DNA of 60,633 nucleotides, filler included, from Perkinsus olseni (lineage: Eukaryota), in NCBI GenBank assembly GCA_013115125.1. It is 2 parts of 2 records of this genome, joined end to end, with 100 filler letters (N's around TTAATTAATTAA, not from the genome) between each part and the next. Parts side by side here need not be neighbours in the genome. Positions count along the whole stretch, not along the records: positions 1 to 30,280 come from JABANN010000423.1; positions 30,381 to 60,633 come from JABANN010000424.1. One strand, given 5' to 3'. Position numbers and translations under genes: made by a program. The notes beneath the pieces were generated by a model. That model did not search any database, was not told the DNA's origin, and saw nothing but the letters and a program-made list of their open reading frames with translations. Positions within the stretch are counted from its first letter, which is position 1. Each line of letters begins with the position of its first letter. Shown in pieces: positions 22,609 through 32,035 of the stretch.

Positions 22609-25600
22609 ATGAACACGTCGGTGGAGAAATTCCAATCCCAACCCAGTCGTACGGGGAACCTTGAAGGAATTGGGTGAGCAGCCATGCTCTGTTTCGAGAC
22701 CTTGACGCTTCACCCTTGATCGGGAAAGCCCCGCCTCTCGGGACACTTGCTCGCCCTTTTGCCCGGCTGATTTCCGCGGGCTCTGGGAGTGTCTCTGATG
22801 CCTTCAGACACAGACTGCCGGGAGGCCTCTTCTCCCACTTCTACGGTAAATGGATGAAGTTTTGTAGTATCATAATCGATAAAGTCTGGTAAGACCACAG
22901 TCTCCTCGAACCCTGCTTAAGACTTTGCACAGGTTCTCCGCTACTACCACTATTCTCACGTTGTACGCTCTCTTCGGAGACGACATTCGAATGGCCTGCT
23001 TCGACCCGAGTGCTGACTCGTAAGTGACTATCTGTCGTACCAGACTGTGGGTTAAAATCGTGATGTATACTGCAGCTTCGGTTTTCTCGTAGTCGGCAGG
23101 CTCTGAATTCTCTTGAAGTTCCTTGGCTTTTCGAGCCGCGAGCGGAGAAAATGGCATCGGACGTTCAGCGCTGTCTTTTCGACTTCGTCACGACATCTTG
23201 TCCTGCTCGACGTTTTCTCTATGCACGTGATATCCACGTTATGGAACTCCCCTGCGAACTACATAGAATAATCGTTGTCTCGGATTGAGGATCCGTAGGC
23301 GTATCTTAGGTCGGCCCATGGACTATAAGAATGTCGATGTAGAAGTCACTGCCGGCAAAATAAATTCCAGTCAACCCTGCCTATAACAAACAGTCAAATG
23401 GGTTCATGAAACCAGCAACAACAATCAGAAAATTGTTATTCTCCTGTCCATGCGCTGCGTCGAGCGTGAAAAACAGCAACATCACTGTCACTCTCAGGGC
23501 CTTCAACACAATAACGATCATCTGTCTGGTCGTCTTCGCCCTCGAGATAGTTTTCCAGTCCTTCGGGAAGCCGGAGTATTTCGGAGGCTTCTTCTTCCTA
23601 TTGGACGTCCTCTCCTCGGCATCTCTCATCCTGGATGTGAGTTCGATGCTCGTCAACCTCCTCGTGATTTGATTGCCATCGCGATCAGCTCACCTACGTG
23701 GCGGAGGATCTCTTCGGGGACGGCTCTGGGGCTGCAGGACAGGGTAGGGCGGCGATGAGATTAGGGAAGCCCGAAAGCACTCTATTCACTCAAATTTCGG
23801 CGGGTCGTTCGGCCATTTGAGCACTCGTGATTTGCCGGTATTTGTGATCTCTTTTGCGGCAACAGGATGTGTCATAGACTTGTTCATTCATCCTAATCCA
23901 TAGTCAACCTAAGGTACGCAGTTTTAGCGAGAATCTCACTCCTGAATTTCAGCACCGCGTGCGTGTTCAAGATACTATCGTCAGAAATCGCTACGACTCG
24001 TCATCTCGTTCAGGTGATGTCGCCAGAGCCGGTCGGATGTCGCGTGCTGGGACCAAGGCCGGCCGAGTTGTCCGAATAATCCGCCTCATTCGACTTATCC
24101 GTATCGCCAAGATGTACCATCAGCCATCAGTTGGAGGAGCCTGAGGAGTCCGACCTGTCGACAGGTACAAGGCGTTCCTCGATGCTCAACAGAGAGAGGC
24201 GAGACACAAGGAAGAGCAACGACGGGCTCGAAGTGCAACCGCTCCTCTGGATGACGATGAGAGCGGCGAGGAGGAGGAAGGGGAAGAGGGTTTCGACTCG
24301 GACAGCCAATCTGATGTGAACGCAGCTTGGAGAATCTTACGAAGTGCACGGGTCGACCTTAGATATCCGAGGATTTCTTAGAGGACTTTGATCCCGCTGA
24401 AGGTCTAGATATGGAGAGTGTCGAGCCGGAGTCGAGAGTTGGAAAGAAGCTGAGCGAGAGGACAACTCAGAAGCTCATCGTACGGAGCCCCCTTTGCTCT
24501 CTTATGCGACCTTTTCGTTGTCTCCCAAGAGATTTTCCTGTTCTAAATCATCATCAGATAGTGCTACCATCACTTACTCACCCTCCGGGGTTCCGACTGT
24601 CGAATCGTTGTTTGGCTATACTTGTTTGACTTTCGGCTGTTGTCAGATACTGATACTCCTCATGCTCTTTATGATTCCGGTCTTCACCATCTCGGACATC
24701 GTCCCTCAGTCGGCACAGTACGGCGTGGACTCGATGTACACTTCTTATATAGAGTAGGTCTCACAGTACTTGGCGTGTGTGCAGCGTGGGTAGTTTAGCG
24801 TAGTAGAGCCGATGTCTGTTTAAACTCCGAAAGGTCTCAGGGTCGAGACCCTGAGGTGGTTCTGGCGGATAGGCTCCGAGGCGTTGTGTTTCACACATCC
24901 CTCTCTTCTCTAACTTACTATTTCATAATCAGAATGTTATATTTTGTGGGGATGCTAATGGAGCTGCTCGATAAATTGATTTCCAGTAATCAGAATTTTT
25001 TTTGCTAACAGTTTTCGAAATTCCTAGATCTTTTCAACCACATCGTCGGTAATCCTACCACCTCTCTTTGTCTACGCAGATACGTCCAGGAGTGTCTCGC
25101 CAGCGGACAGCTAAGCGTGGAGACCCTTGCCCGACGCTCCCTGTAAAGCATCACCCATCTTCATCATCACCTCCTTCAACCTCCGTACCCCTTCAGATAC
25201 ACCAACAAACTCTTCCATTTCCTCTATGCGCACAATTGGGAGTCTCGAGAAACGGACTGTACGTGACGAAGCGCCCCGAGCGCTCAGCTTAGACCTGCAT
25301 CGTCAGGTCCGGGCGGCAACACTGTGTGCGTGTCTTCTTACGTGAGCCACCTGGCATGGATTGGGTGAGTGTAAAGACTCGATGTAAGATGGCAGGTCTC
25401 CATCATGGCAGATACTATACCGAAGGAACCGACCCCTGCTGGACGCATCCTCACCTCGATAATATTACGGCGCGCGACATTCGTTTGGAGTGGGCTCGAT
25501 CGCCCCCGCCCGGTCTCGGACGATATGTTGTTTTTTGCAATAGGTTTGATGACACTTTTAATGGTGATGACTTTTTGGTGTACTCGGGCGACTTGGGCGA

Positions 25601-28600
25601 CTTGGCCGTGGAGCGAATCATCAAACCATGGGCCTCTTGTGCAGGGGATCCGGCGGTTCCGGACGGGGTGAGAGTCTCATGACATTACTGAGAGAACCGG
25701 TTTCTACATACTCGCCATGATCGAGAAGTGATATTATCGTTATGGACAACATTGAAAGCGAGAAAAACGAAAAGTTCACCCCATCATGCATTTAACAAAT
25801 TCCTGTTCAGTCTTTTTTTGCGATGTTCATCATCGCAGCCAGCGGCGTCTAGCCCGCCCTTGGTCGGTATACCTGATACTTGCTCCGACTATTAAATACT
25901 CGTTATTCTTCGGTCGCATCTCAGCTTCGCACATTTCGAACTGCACGGGTCGAGTCGTTGGATGGCAGTTACCGATCAGTGATTTCCCTCTTTTCTCATC
26001 AGAACAGTAATCTCATGTCAGGTGCGAGGAACATCCCTAGTGTCGGATATAGAATGTCCAAGTGATCTTCGCTTCAACGAACGCACTGCAGTTCTACCGC
26101 TACTCCGCAAGGAGACAGATCCTGACAACTTCAATACCTACTTTATCGTAACTCCTGCAGCTCTGCACCGCCTCAGTATGTCCTCCCTTGCAGTTGGTTA
26201 TGGACGATCGACTGAAGGCGTATTGGGCAGCGGTGCTGAACATGTGCCAGACTCTATTCATATGCCTCGTCCTCGGCGTTGGCGCTCTGTTCTTCGCGAG
26301 AGATGCTAACGTGAGCTGCTCACAATATCCACGAATCTGCCGGCTTGCGTAGCACTTACCGTCTTGATATAGTTCAGTAGTATACTCAGTATACTATACT
26401 GTAGCGTGATAGCTTGGTCCCTAGCTCGTTATTATGGAGAGAACGATATCGACGACTGTGATATCTCCGGCGCACGGTCTTGGCGTGTGTGATGTCTCTT
26501 GGGGACGAATCCTGACAATTTTGGGGTCGTCAGCGCATCACGAATAAAATAGTATTGATAGAAATCATCATGACGTTGCTAGGAAGTGTTACTAAGCTTT
26601 CAACCGTTGTATCATGTACAACCGGCCACTCTGATTGCCGGTGTGTCATTTTCCAGGTGCTCGTCTTGGGTCCGATCGAGCGTATGATGGTCAAGTTGAC
26701 GCGAATCAGAGACAACCCTCTGATGGCTACCATGCTCGGTAAGGCCTCCGGGAGAGCTCCGTCGGTGAACGTCCTGTGGGTTAGGTGACGAGGAGTTCAG
26801 GAGAGAAGAGACAGCCCGAGCGAAGGAAGCGGCTCGGCAGGCGAAGACTGGTCTATCGAAGCTTTGGGATATCATCACAGTGAGGGACAGGCCGCGTCGT
26901 TCGGAATGCAATTTTCTGGTTTTTCTATCAGTTCCAGAGGACGCAATCAACTGTTGGCGGCCACGAGTGAGCAGCAGGAGCTGAGTTGGTGCATCGCAGT
27001 TTTGCTTCCCTGTAGGCCGCTCGAGACTGTCATGCTCGAGAAGACCATCATCAAGATTGGCAGCCTTCTCGCCCTGGGTTTCGGCGAGGCGGGCGCTGAA
27101 ATCATCGGCAAAAATATGCAGGTAGTGAGCGTTGTATTTTCATCGATTTTTTTCGACGATCATTATTCCTTAATTGGGAAAAAATACGTCGCTTATAAGA
27201 GTAGTCTGTGAGGATTTATTTCTCACTGTTGACGATTATCCTCTCTGGATGATGGCCAGTTAATGCGAGCGATCGATTGCTATTCTCACAGGGTGCCGAG
27301 CGTTCGGCGGGCGTGAACGCTATGATACCGGGACGTAAGGTCGAGGCAGTTTTCGGATTCTGCGATATACGCAACTTCACCGACGCGACTGAAGTGCTGA
27401 ATGACAAGGTGATGGTGTTTGTTAACCAAGTAGGCTGCTGATCGATGCGGCATTCTGCGTAGAGCATGCTTCGACCTTAGATCGGCCAGATTGTCCACGG
27501 GATTGTCGATGAATTTCATGGAGCGGCTAACAAGAACATCGGAGACGCTTTCCTGGTAGTTCGCAGCAGCTCCCTCTTCTAAGCTGTGGAGGCGCCCTGG
27601 CAGCTCGTCTGGCGTTTACCCGAGGACAATCCCGAGCAGCGGAAGAAGATGTGCGATATGGCTATTATGTCCTTCGTTAAGGTAGGGAAGAGGCACTTCC
27701 GAGCTCTGATGGCAACGGGTAACGGGCAAATTTCAGAAAGATTTGGTATTGTCTCGTGCGAATGGATTCATTCCCTTGCACGACTCTGCTCCTCCTCAGG
27801 TCGTCGCGGCAGTTAACAAGAGTCCTGTGCTGTACGAGTACAGAAAGCATCCTGGCCTGCAGGCGCGCCTTGAGAACTACAGGTGGGCTCATAATAGGCG
27901 ATGGCGTAGCGGAGGAAGCTGGTAGCAGTGAAATCGTACATGTGATGATCTGATGACGTCTTTAATCATTGAAGTGGATGAAGTTTTTTATTAACATCTT
28001 GTCTATTTCCGATCTTCAGGGTCCGGATGGGCTTTGGGATGCACTGTGGTTGGGCAATTGAAGGAGCCATTGGCTCAGAGTTCAAGATCGACGCCAGCTA
28101 TCTGTCGCCCAACGTGAACTTAGCAGGTTCGCTCGAAGGCGCTACTAAGGAATATGGGGTAAGTTCTTTTGCTGGTAAACAGTCTTTTCAGTCTAGCTGG
28201 ATAAGCGGCTGACCGTTGATCGATAGGTGCTCAGTTCGAACCCAGGCATAGGGACATGTCTCATACTTAAAACCGGTCTTCTCGCTTTCTACCGCTATAC
28301 CGTTTTTGCACCTGTAGAAGCCAAGCTTTACTCTCCTGTATGTTGATCAACTTCGCACGAACGAGAGGATGTGACGTCTTCTACTCAAACGACTCAGCCA
28401 TCTTTCAGGTCTGCATGCTCCTATCGGGTCCGATAGTTGAATCCTGCAACGAGGACATGCGCAAGTAACACAACAGTCGCAGTCAGCACGTCATCACCCT
28501 CGTCAGGCATTGCCGCATCATAGACCGGGTCATGATCAACGGCGCTAAGATGGGCCTCTATACCGTCGACATTGTCTACGAGGATCTCCCGATAGTTGAA

Positions 28601-29165
28601 AGCACACGTAAGAGAGGATATTGCGTTCGGCATCGGCACATGATCTGGTCCTCAGCTCGGAAGTCAAACGCCGACCGACGCGGAGGGCCCAGTGCTCAAC
28701 GGTGAGTTTCGAGTCGCGGCTGATTTCACGATTCGGACACCTTTCTAGGGCCCGGGCTCGGCAGGAGCGAGCTGCGCGCAAGGCTAACAAGCTGGCCTCG
28801 ACATACCGCGTAGCTGACTTATTCGACCACGACGAGGATCTTATTGAAATGCGGAAAGTTTTCACTAAAGAGTTCTTTGATAAATTCGATACGGGCTTCC
28901 GGTAGGGCTCATCAGTGGGCCTCCTCGGCGACTCTCGTCTATTCAGGAACTATGAAGCCGGCGAGTGGGAGATTGCATACTCGATGCTTAGCGTGAGTGA
29001 GAAACTTCTCGCCTCTGAAGGATATGTGGACGGCCCCAGTGCGTCCTTGAAGAGGTAAGCCGAATCGAACTCACGAAGAATGCGCGCTACGGCACTTTCA
29101 GGCACATGGACCGGTATGATAGGAAGGCGCCGGAGGGGTGGAGTGGCGCGCGGGATCTTCCGTGA
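22609..29165 (+). CDS. Alveolate adenylyl cyclase alpha (ion-channel/voltage-sensor domain fused to a class III cyclase), many exons
   Basis: TLYALFGDDIR, VFALEI..GFFFLLDVLS, S4-like GRVVRIIRLIRLIRIAKMY, KIGSLLALGFGEAGAEII, FGFCDIRNFTDATEVL, GAANKNIGDAFL, MGFGMHCGWAIEGAIGSEFKIDASYLSPNVN, C-terminal DGPSASL..APEGWSGARDLP*. Confidence 0.92.
28182..28256 (+). pseudogene. Degenerate tRNA (Asn GTT-like) relic in an adenylyl cyclase intron
   Basis: GTCTTTT..TAGCTGGATAAGCGGCTGACCGTTGATCGATAGGTGCTCAGTTCGAACCCAGGCATAGGGACA: ~75 nt, D-loop GG, GTT at the anticodon position, GTTCGAAC B-box, broken stems. Confidence 0.45.
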
Positions 29166-29549
29166 TTGCTGTCGTGCGTTAATAATCTTCGATAATATTG
29201 CGGAAGGTTTACCAGATTCGCCATAGCATGCTCTACTTGATGCTTACTGTCTGTTGCACTCTCGCTTCCGCGTTAATGGTAGTGATAAAAAGAACCAATT
29301 GACCTCATGAAAATGCTCCTGGACGATTGTAACACTCACATCAGCTTCACTAGACTCGAAGCCTCTGAAGTCCTCTCTCCTATTGAGGTACGCCAGAGTA
29401 ATCCGTCAGTGAGCGATCTATGAGGCAGGTTCGCAACGTTGAGACAAGCGTTTCGGGTTCCTGTCACATCATTCACTGCCAGAGGAATGCGCATCGGTTA
29501 TTGGCTTGTTGTTGAGTAAACGGATGGGCTACGTTACAGCTCTTCTGTT

Positions 29550-29621
29550 TTGTGTGTAGCTCAGTGGTAGAGCGGCTGACTGCATATCAGCAGGTCCTCG
29601 GTTGAAATCCGGGTGCGGCCT
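29550..29621 (+). pseudogene. tRNA-Cys(GCA) copy with a damaged acceptor stem
   Basis: 5' end reads TTGTGTG rather than GGGTGTG, the base 3' of the anticodon is T, and the T-loop is TTGAAAT. Confidence 0.75.
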
Positions 29622-29730
29622 TACTTCGATCATGGAGCGCAGCCACTGACGGAAGGGAGTGGGCCACATGGGAGTTCCAGCACAGATAAGCAGGTCCCTA
29701 TTCCGAAGTGGATGGCGATGTGCGCTAGAA
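29622..29730 (+). ncRNA. Candidate structured ncRNA between tRNA-Cys and tRNA-Arg (identical copy at 29982-30090)
   Basis: Identical between units while the flanks differ. Nested pairings AGCGCA/TGCGCT, CCACT/AGTGG, CGGAA/TTCCG, GGGA/TCCC. Confidence 0.4.
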
Positions 29731-29803
29731 GCCCTGCTGGCCCAATGGATAAGGCGCCACCCTCCTAGGGTGGAGATTCCGAGTTCGATCCTCGGGTAGG
29801 GTA
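29731..29803 (+). tRNA. tRNA-Arg(CCT)
   Basis: GCCCTGC TGGCCCAATGGATAAGGCG CCACC CTCCTAG GGTGG AGATT CCGAG TTCGATC CTCGG GTAGGGT A forms a full cloverleaf. Confidence 0.9.
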
Positions 29804-29909
29804 TTGCCGAGTGAGGTTGCAAGGCATTCGATCGATTCAAAATATTCTCTTCAGTCGGATATCCTTGAATGATAAATAACTAATTTGGCTATATTACGGT
29901 GATTCTGTA

Positions 29910-29981
29910 GGGTGTGTAGCTCAGTGGTAGAGCGGCTGACTGCAGATCAGCAGGTCCTCGGTTGAAATCCGGGTGCGGCCT
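29910..29981 (+). tRNA. tRNA-Cys(GCA), atypical (G3:G70 mismatch, T-loop TTG instead of TTC)
   Basis: GGGTGTGTAGCTCAGTGGTAGAGCGGCTGACTGCAGATCAGCAGGTCCTCGGTTGAAATCCGGGTGCGGCCT; anticodon arm GCTGA-CTGCAGA-TCAGC. Confidence 0.8.
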
Positions 29982-30090
29982 TACTTCGATCATGGAGCGC
30001 AGCCACTGACGGAAGGGAGTGGGCCACATGGGAGTTCCAGCACAGATAAGCAGGTCCCTATTCCGAAGTGGATGGCGATGTGCGCTAGAA

Positions 30091-30163
30091 GCCCTGCTGG
30101 CCCAATGGATAAGGCGCCACCCTCCTAAGCTGGAGATTCCGAGTTCGATCCTCGGGTAGGGTA
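30091..30163 (+). tRNA. tRNA-Arg(CCT), second copy with a C:C mismatch in the anticodon stem
   Basis: Same as the copy at 29731 except the arm reads CCACC CTCCTAA GCTGG. Confidence 0.85.
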
Positions 30164-30280
30164 TTGTTGAGTGTGGTTGCAAGGCATTCGATCGATTCGA
30201 AATATTCTCTTCAGTCGGATATCTTTGAATGTTAAATAACTAAATGGCTACATTGAAGGGCTTTTGTAGGGTGTGTAGCT

Positions 30281-30380
30281 NNNNNNNNNNNNNNNNNNNN
30301 NNNNNNNNNNNNNNNNNNNNNNNNTTAATTAATTAANNNNNNNNNNNNNNNNNNNNNNNNNNNNNNNNNNNNNNNNNNNN
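30281..30380. other. Assembly gap / artificial contig linker
   Basis: 100-nt N block with central TTAATTAATTAA (30325-30336), a six-frame stop spacer. Confidence 0.92.
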
Positions 30381-30767
30381 GTCACACTGCGGGGGAAGTA
30401 CTACAAAGGCTACCTGGGGAAATATTGCCACTCTAATTTTACTGTATCGGTCAGCTTCAATGATCAATCTAATTTCGTTACTTTCGGGATGGGTCGAGCT
30501 CGTTGCGATTCGGTTGCTGTTACGGTATCCTATGATAGAGCCGAGAAGAATACGTTTAAGACAAAGTGGGATATCTGGAACAACGGACGACGGCGAAATA
30601 TGTTGGATACTTTCAAAACATCATGTTACCTCGGTAACCTTACTAAGCATGTCGATGATGAAGAAGGAAAATTTCTGTCGAAGATAACGCTGGAGGGTGA
30701 GTCGTTGGAGGTCCTCCTTTTCTCTGACCTATCTATAGTTTTCCGAGCTCCCTCAGTAAGTACATAA
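30381..30767 (+). CDS. Secreted-family hypothetical protein, 5' end lost in the gap; paralog of 31230-31676
   Basis: LRGKYYKGYLGKYC...DQSNFVTF...DDEEGKFLSKITLEGESLEV matches the downstream copy. Confidence 0.75.
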   Translation, partial: VTLRGKYYKGYLGKYCHSNFTVSVSFNDQSNFVTFGMGRARCDSVAVTVSYDRAEKNTFKTKWDIWNNGRRRNMLDTFKTSCYLGNLTKHVDDEEGKFLSKITLEGESLEVLLFSDLSIVFRAPSVST

Positions 30768-31229
30768 TACAATGCATGATTGAACGGATTGTGACGGCTG
30801 TTGTTGTCATTACATTTTCTTGTGTGATAGTGGTGGTCACTGGGTGACCAGTGAAGCAGCAGAAACTCGTATAGCGAAGAAGCGGAGTTGTTATTATGGG
30901 AGGAATGCCAAAGATCTCGTAGCTGGGACCTGTGATGGATCTCGAATTTTATCGGCCAGGCCAGGTTGTGTTAGCAGACAAGAGCCTGTGGAAGTAGCGA
31001 AAGTAACAGAGACGGTTGGTTGGCATGTGTGGTCATGATTCTGAGGTTATCGTCATCACTATTGAGTAGTGTGTTGCCTTCGTGGTTGTCATCAACAATG
31101 CCTGTTATTCGTACGTCTAACTTGCTGGGCGCGAGGAAGGCAACTCACATGCCGCTCGAAAAGCAGTTTTCCATCAAAACATTCACGCTATTCCATACCG
31201 CCCGTAGGCTATCAGCTTTGTTATTGTTG

Positions 31230-31676
31230 ATGAAGTGGCAGCTCCCCTCCGTTGTGATCCTGTCCATCTTTGTCGGTGGGCAGGCGTCTGCTGCAGCACT
31301 ACAGGGGAAGTACTACAAGGGTTACCTGGGGAACTATTGCCCCTCAGGTTTCAACCTGTCGGTCCGGTTCCATGATCAATCTAATTTCGTTACTTTCAAA
31401 ATGGGTGGTCAAGCTTCCGTTGTGAGCGCTACGGTGGCTTATTTCAAAACTGGAAGCAACGAGTTGAGGATCCTGTGGGATTCCTGGACTGAATACGAAA
31501 AGAATAGTATGTTGCATGCTTTCAAAAAGGCTTGCCGGGTCAGCGATCTCACTAAGGATGCCGATGATGACGAAGGGAAGTTCCTGTCGAAAATGGTGCT
31601 GGATGGCGAGTCGTTGGAGGTCCGGCTCTTCGCTGATCTATCGATTGTTATTCCAAGTCCCTCGGTGAGGACATAA
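31230..31676 (+). CDS. Intronless secreted hypothetical protein
   Basis: Signal-peptide-like start MKWQLPSVVILSIFVGGQASA; tandem paralog immediately upstream. Confidence 0.78.
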   Translation: MKWQLPSVVILSIFVGGQASAAALQGKYYKGYLGNYCPSGFNLSVRFHDQSNFVTFKMGGQASVVSATVAYFKTGSNELRILWDSWTEYEKNSMLHAFKKACRVSDLTKDADDDEGKFLSKMVLDGESLEVRLFADLSIVIPSPSVRT

Positions 31677-32035
31677 CACAGTGCATGACTGATGTGTAAA
31701 AGCTGTTGTTGTTGTTGTTGTTGTTAAGACCTGTTCTTGTGTGATAGTAGTGCTGGTCACTAGGGGCGTTAAGTTGGATACATCTCCCGAAGATTCGCGG
31801 AGTTATTCCTGTTTTCGATAGAAAGGTTGAATTCGCAGATTCTTCAGCTCATTTGATATTAGGTTGATATTCAAACTCACCGGAGGGGTCGTCCTCTATC
31901 CCTGTTCATGCTAGTGAAGAACGGCCTGTGGCAATAGCGATAGTAACTGAGAGGATCGATGTGCAGGCTTGTGTGAGGTGATCATCCCTATCAGCAGGGG
32001 GAGAGTTGCCTTTGTTGTTATTATCATCATCACCA

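Larger units (their letters stand above)
29550..30280 (+). repeat. 360-bp tandem array [tRNA-Cys - 109-nt spacer - tRNA-Arg - spacer]; two full units and the start of a third, running into the gap
   Basis: Unit starts at 29550, 29910 and 30269; units are nearly identical. Confidence 0.95.

Noticed and set aside
26378-26396. Perfect palindrome TAGTATACT-C-AGTATACTA in a cyclase intron
   Set aside because: Low-complexity, single occurrence, no associated element.
29529-30182. Two similar minus-strand ORFs (103 and 97 aa)
   Set aside because: Antisense readings of the tRNA array.
30325-30336. TTAATTAATTAA motif
   Set aside because: Artificial linker in the N gap; adjacency across it should not be interpreted.
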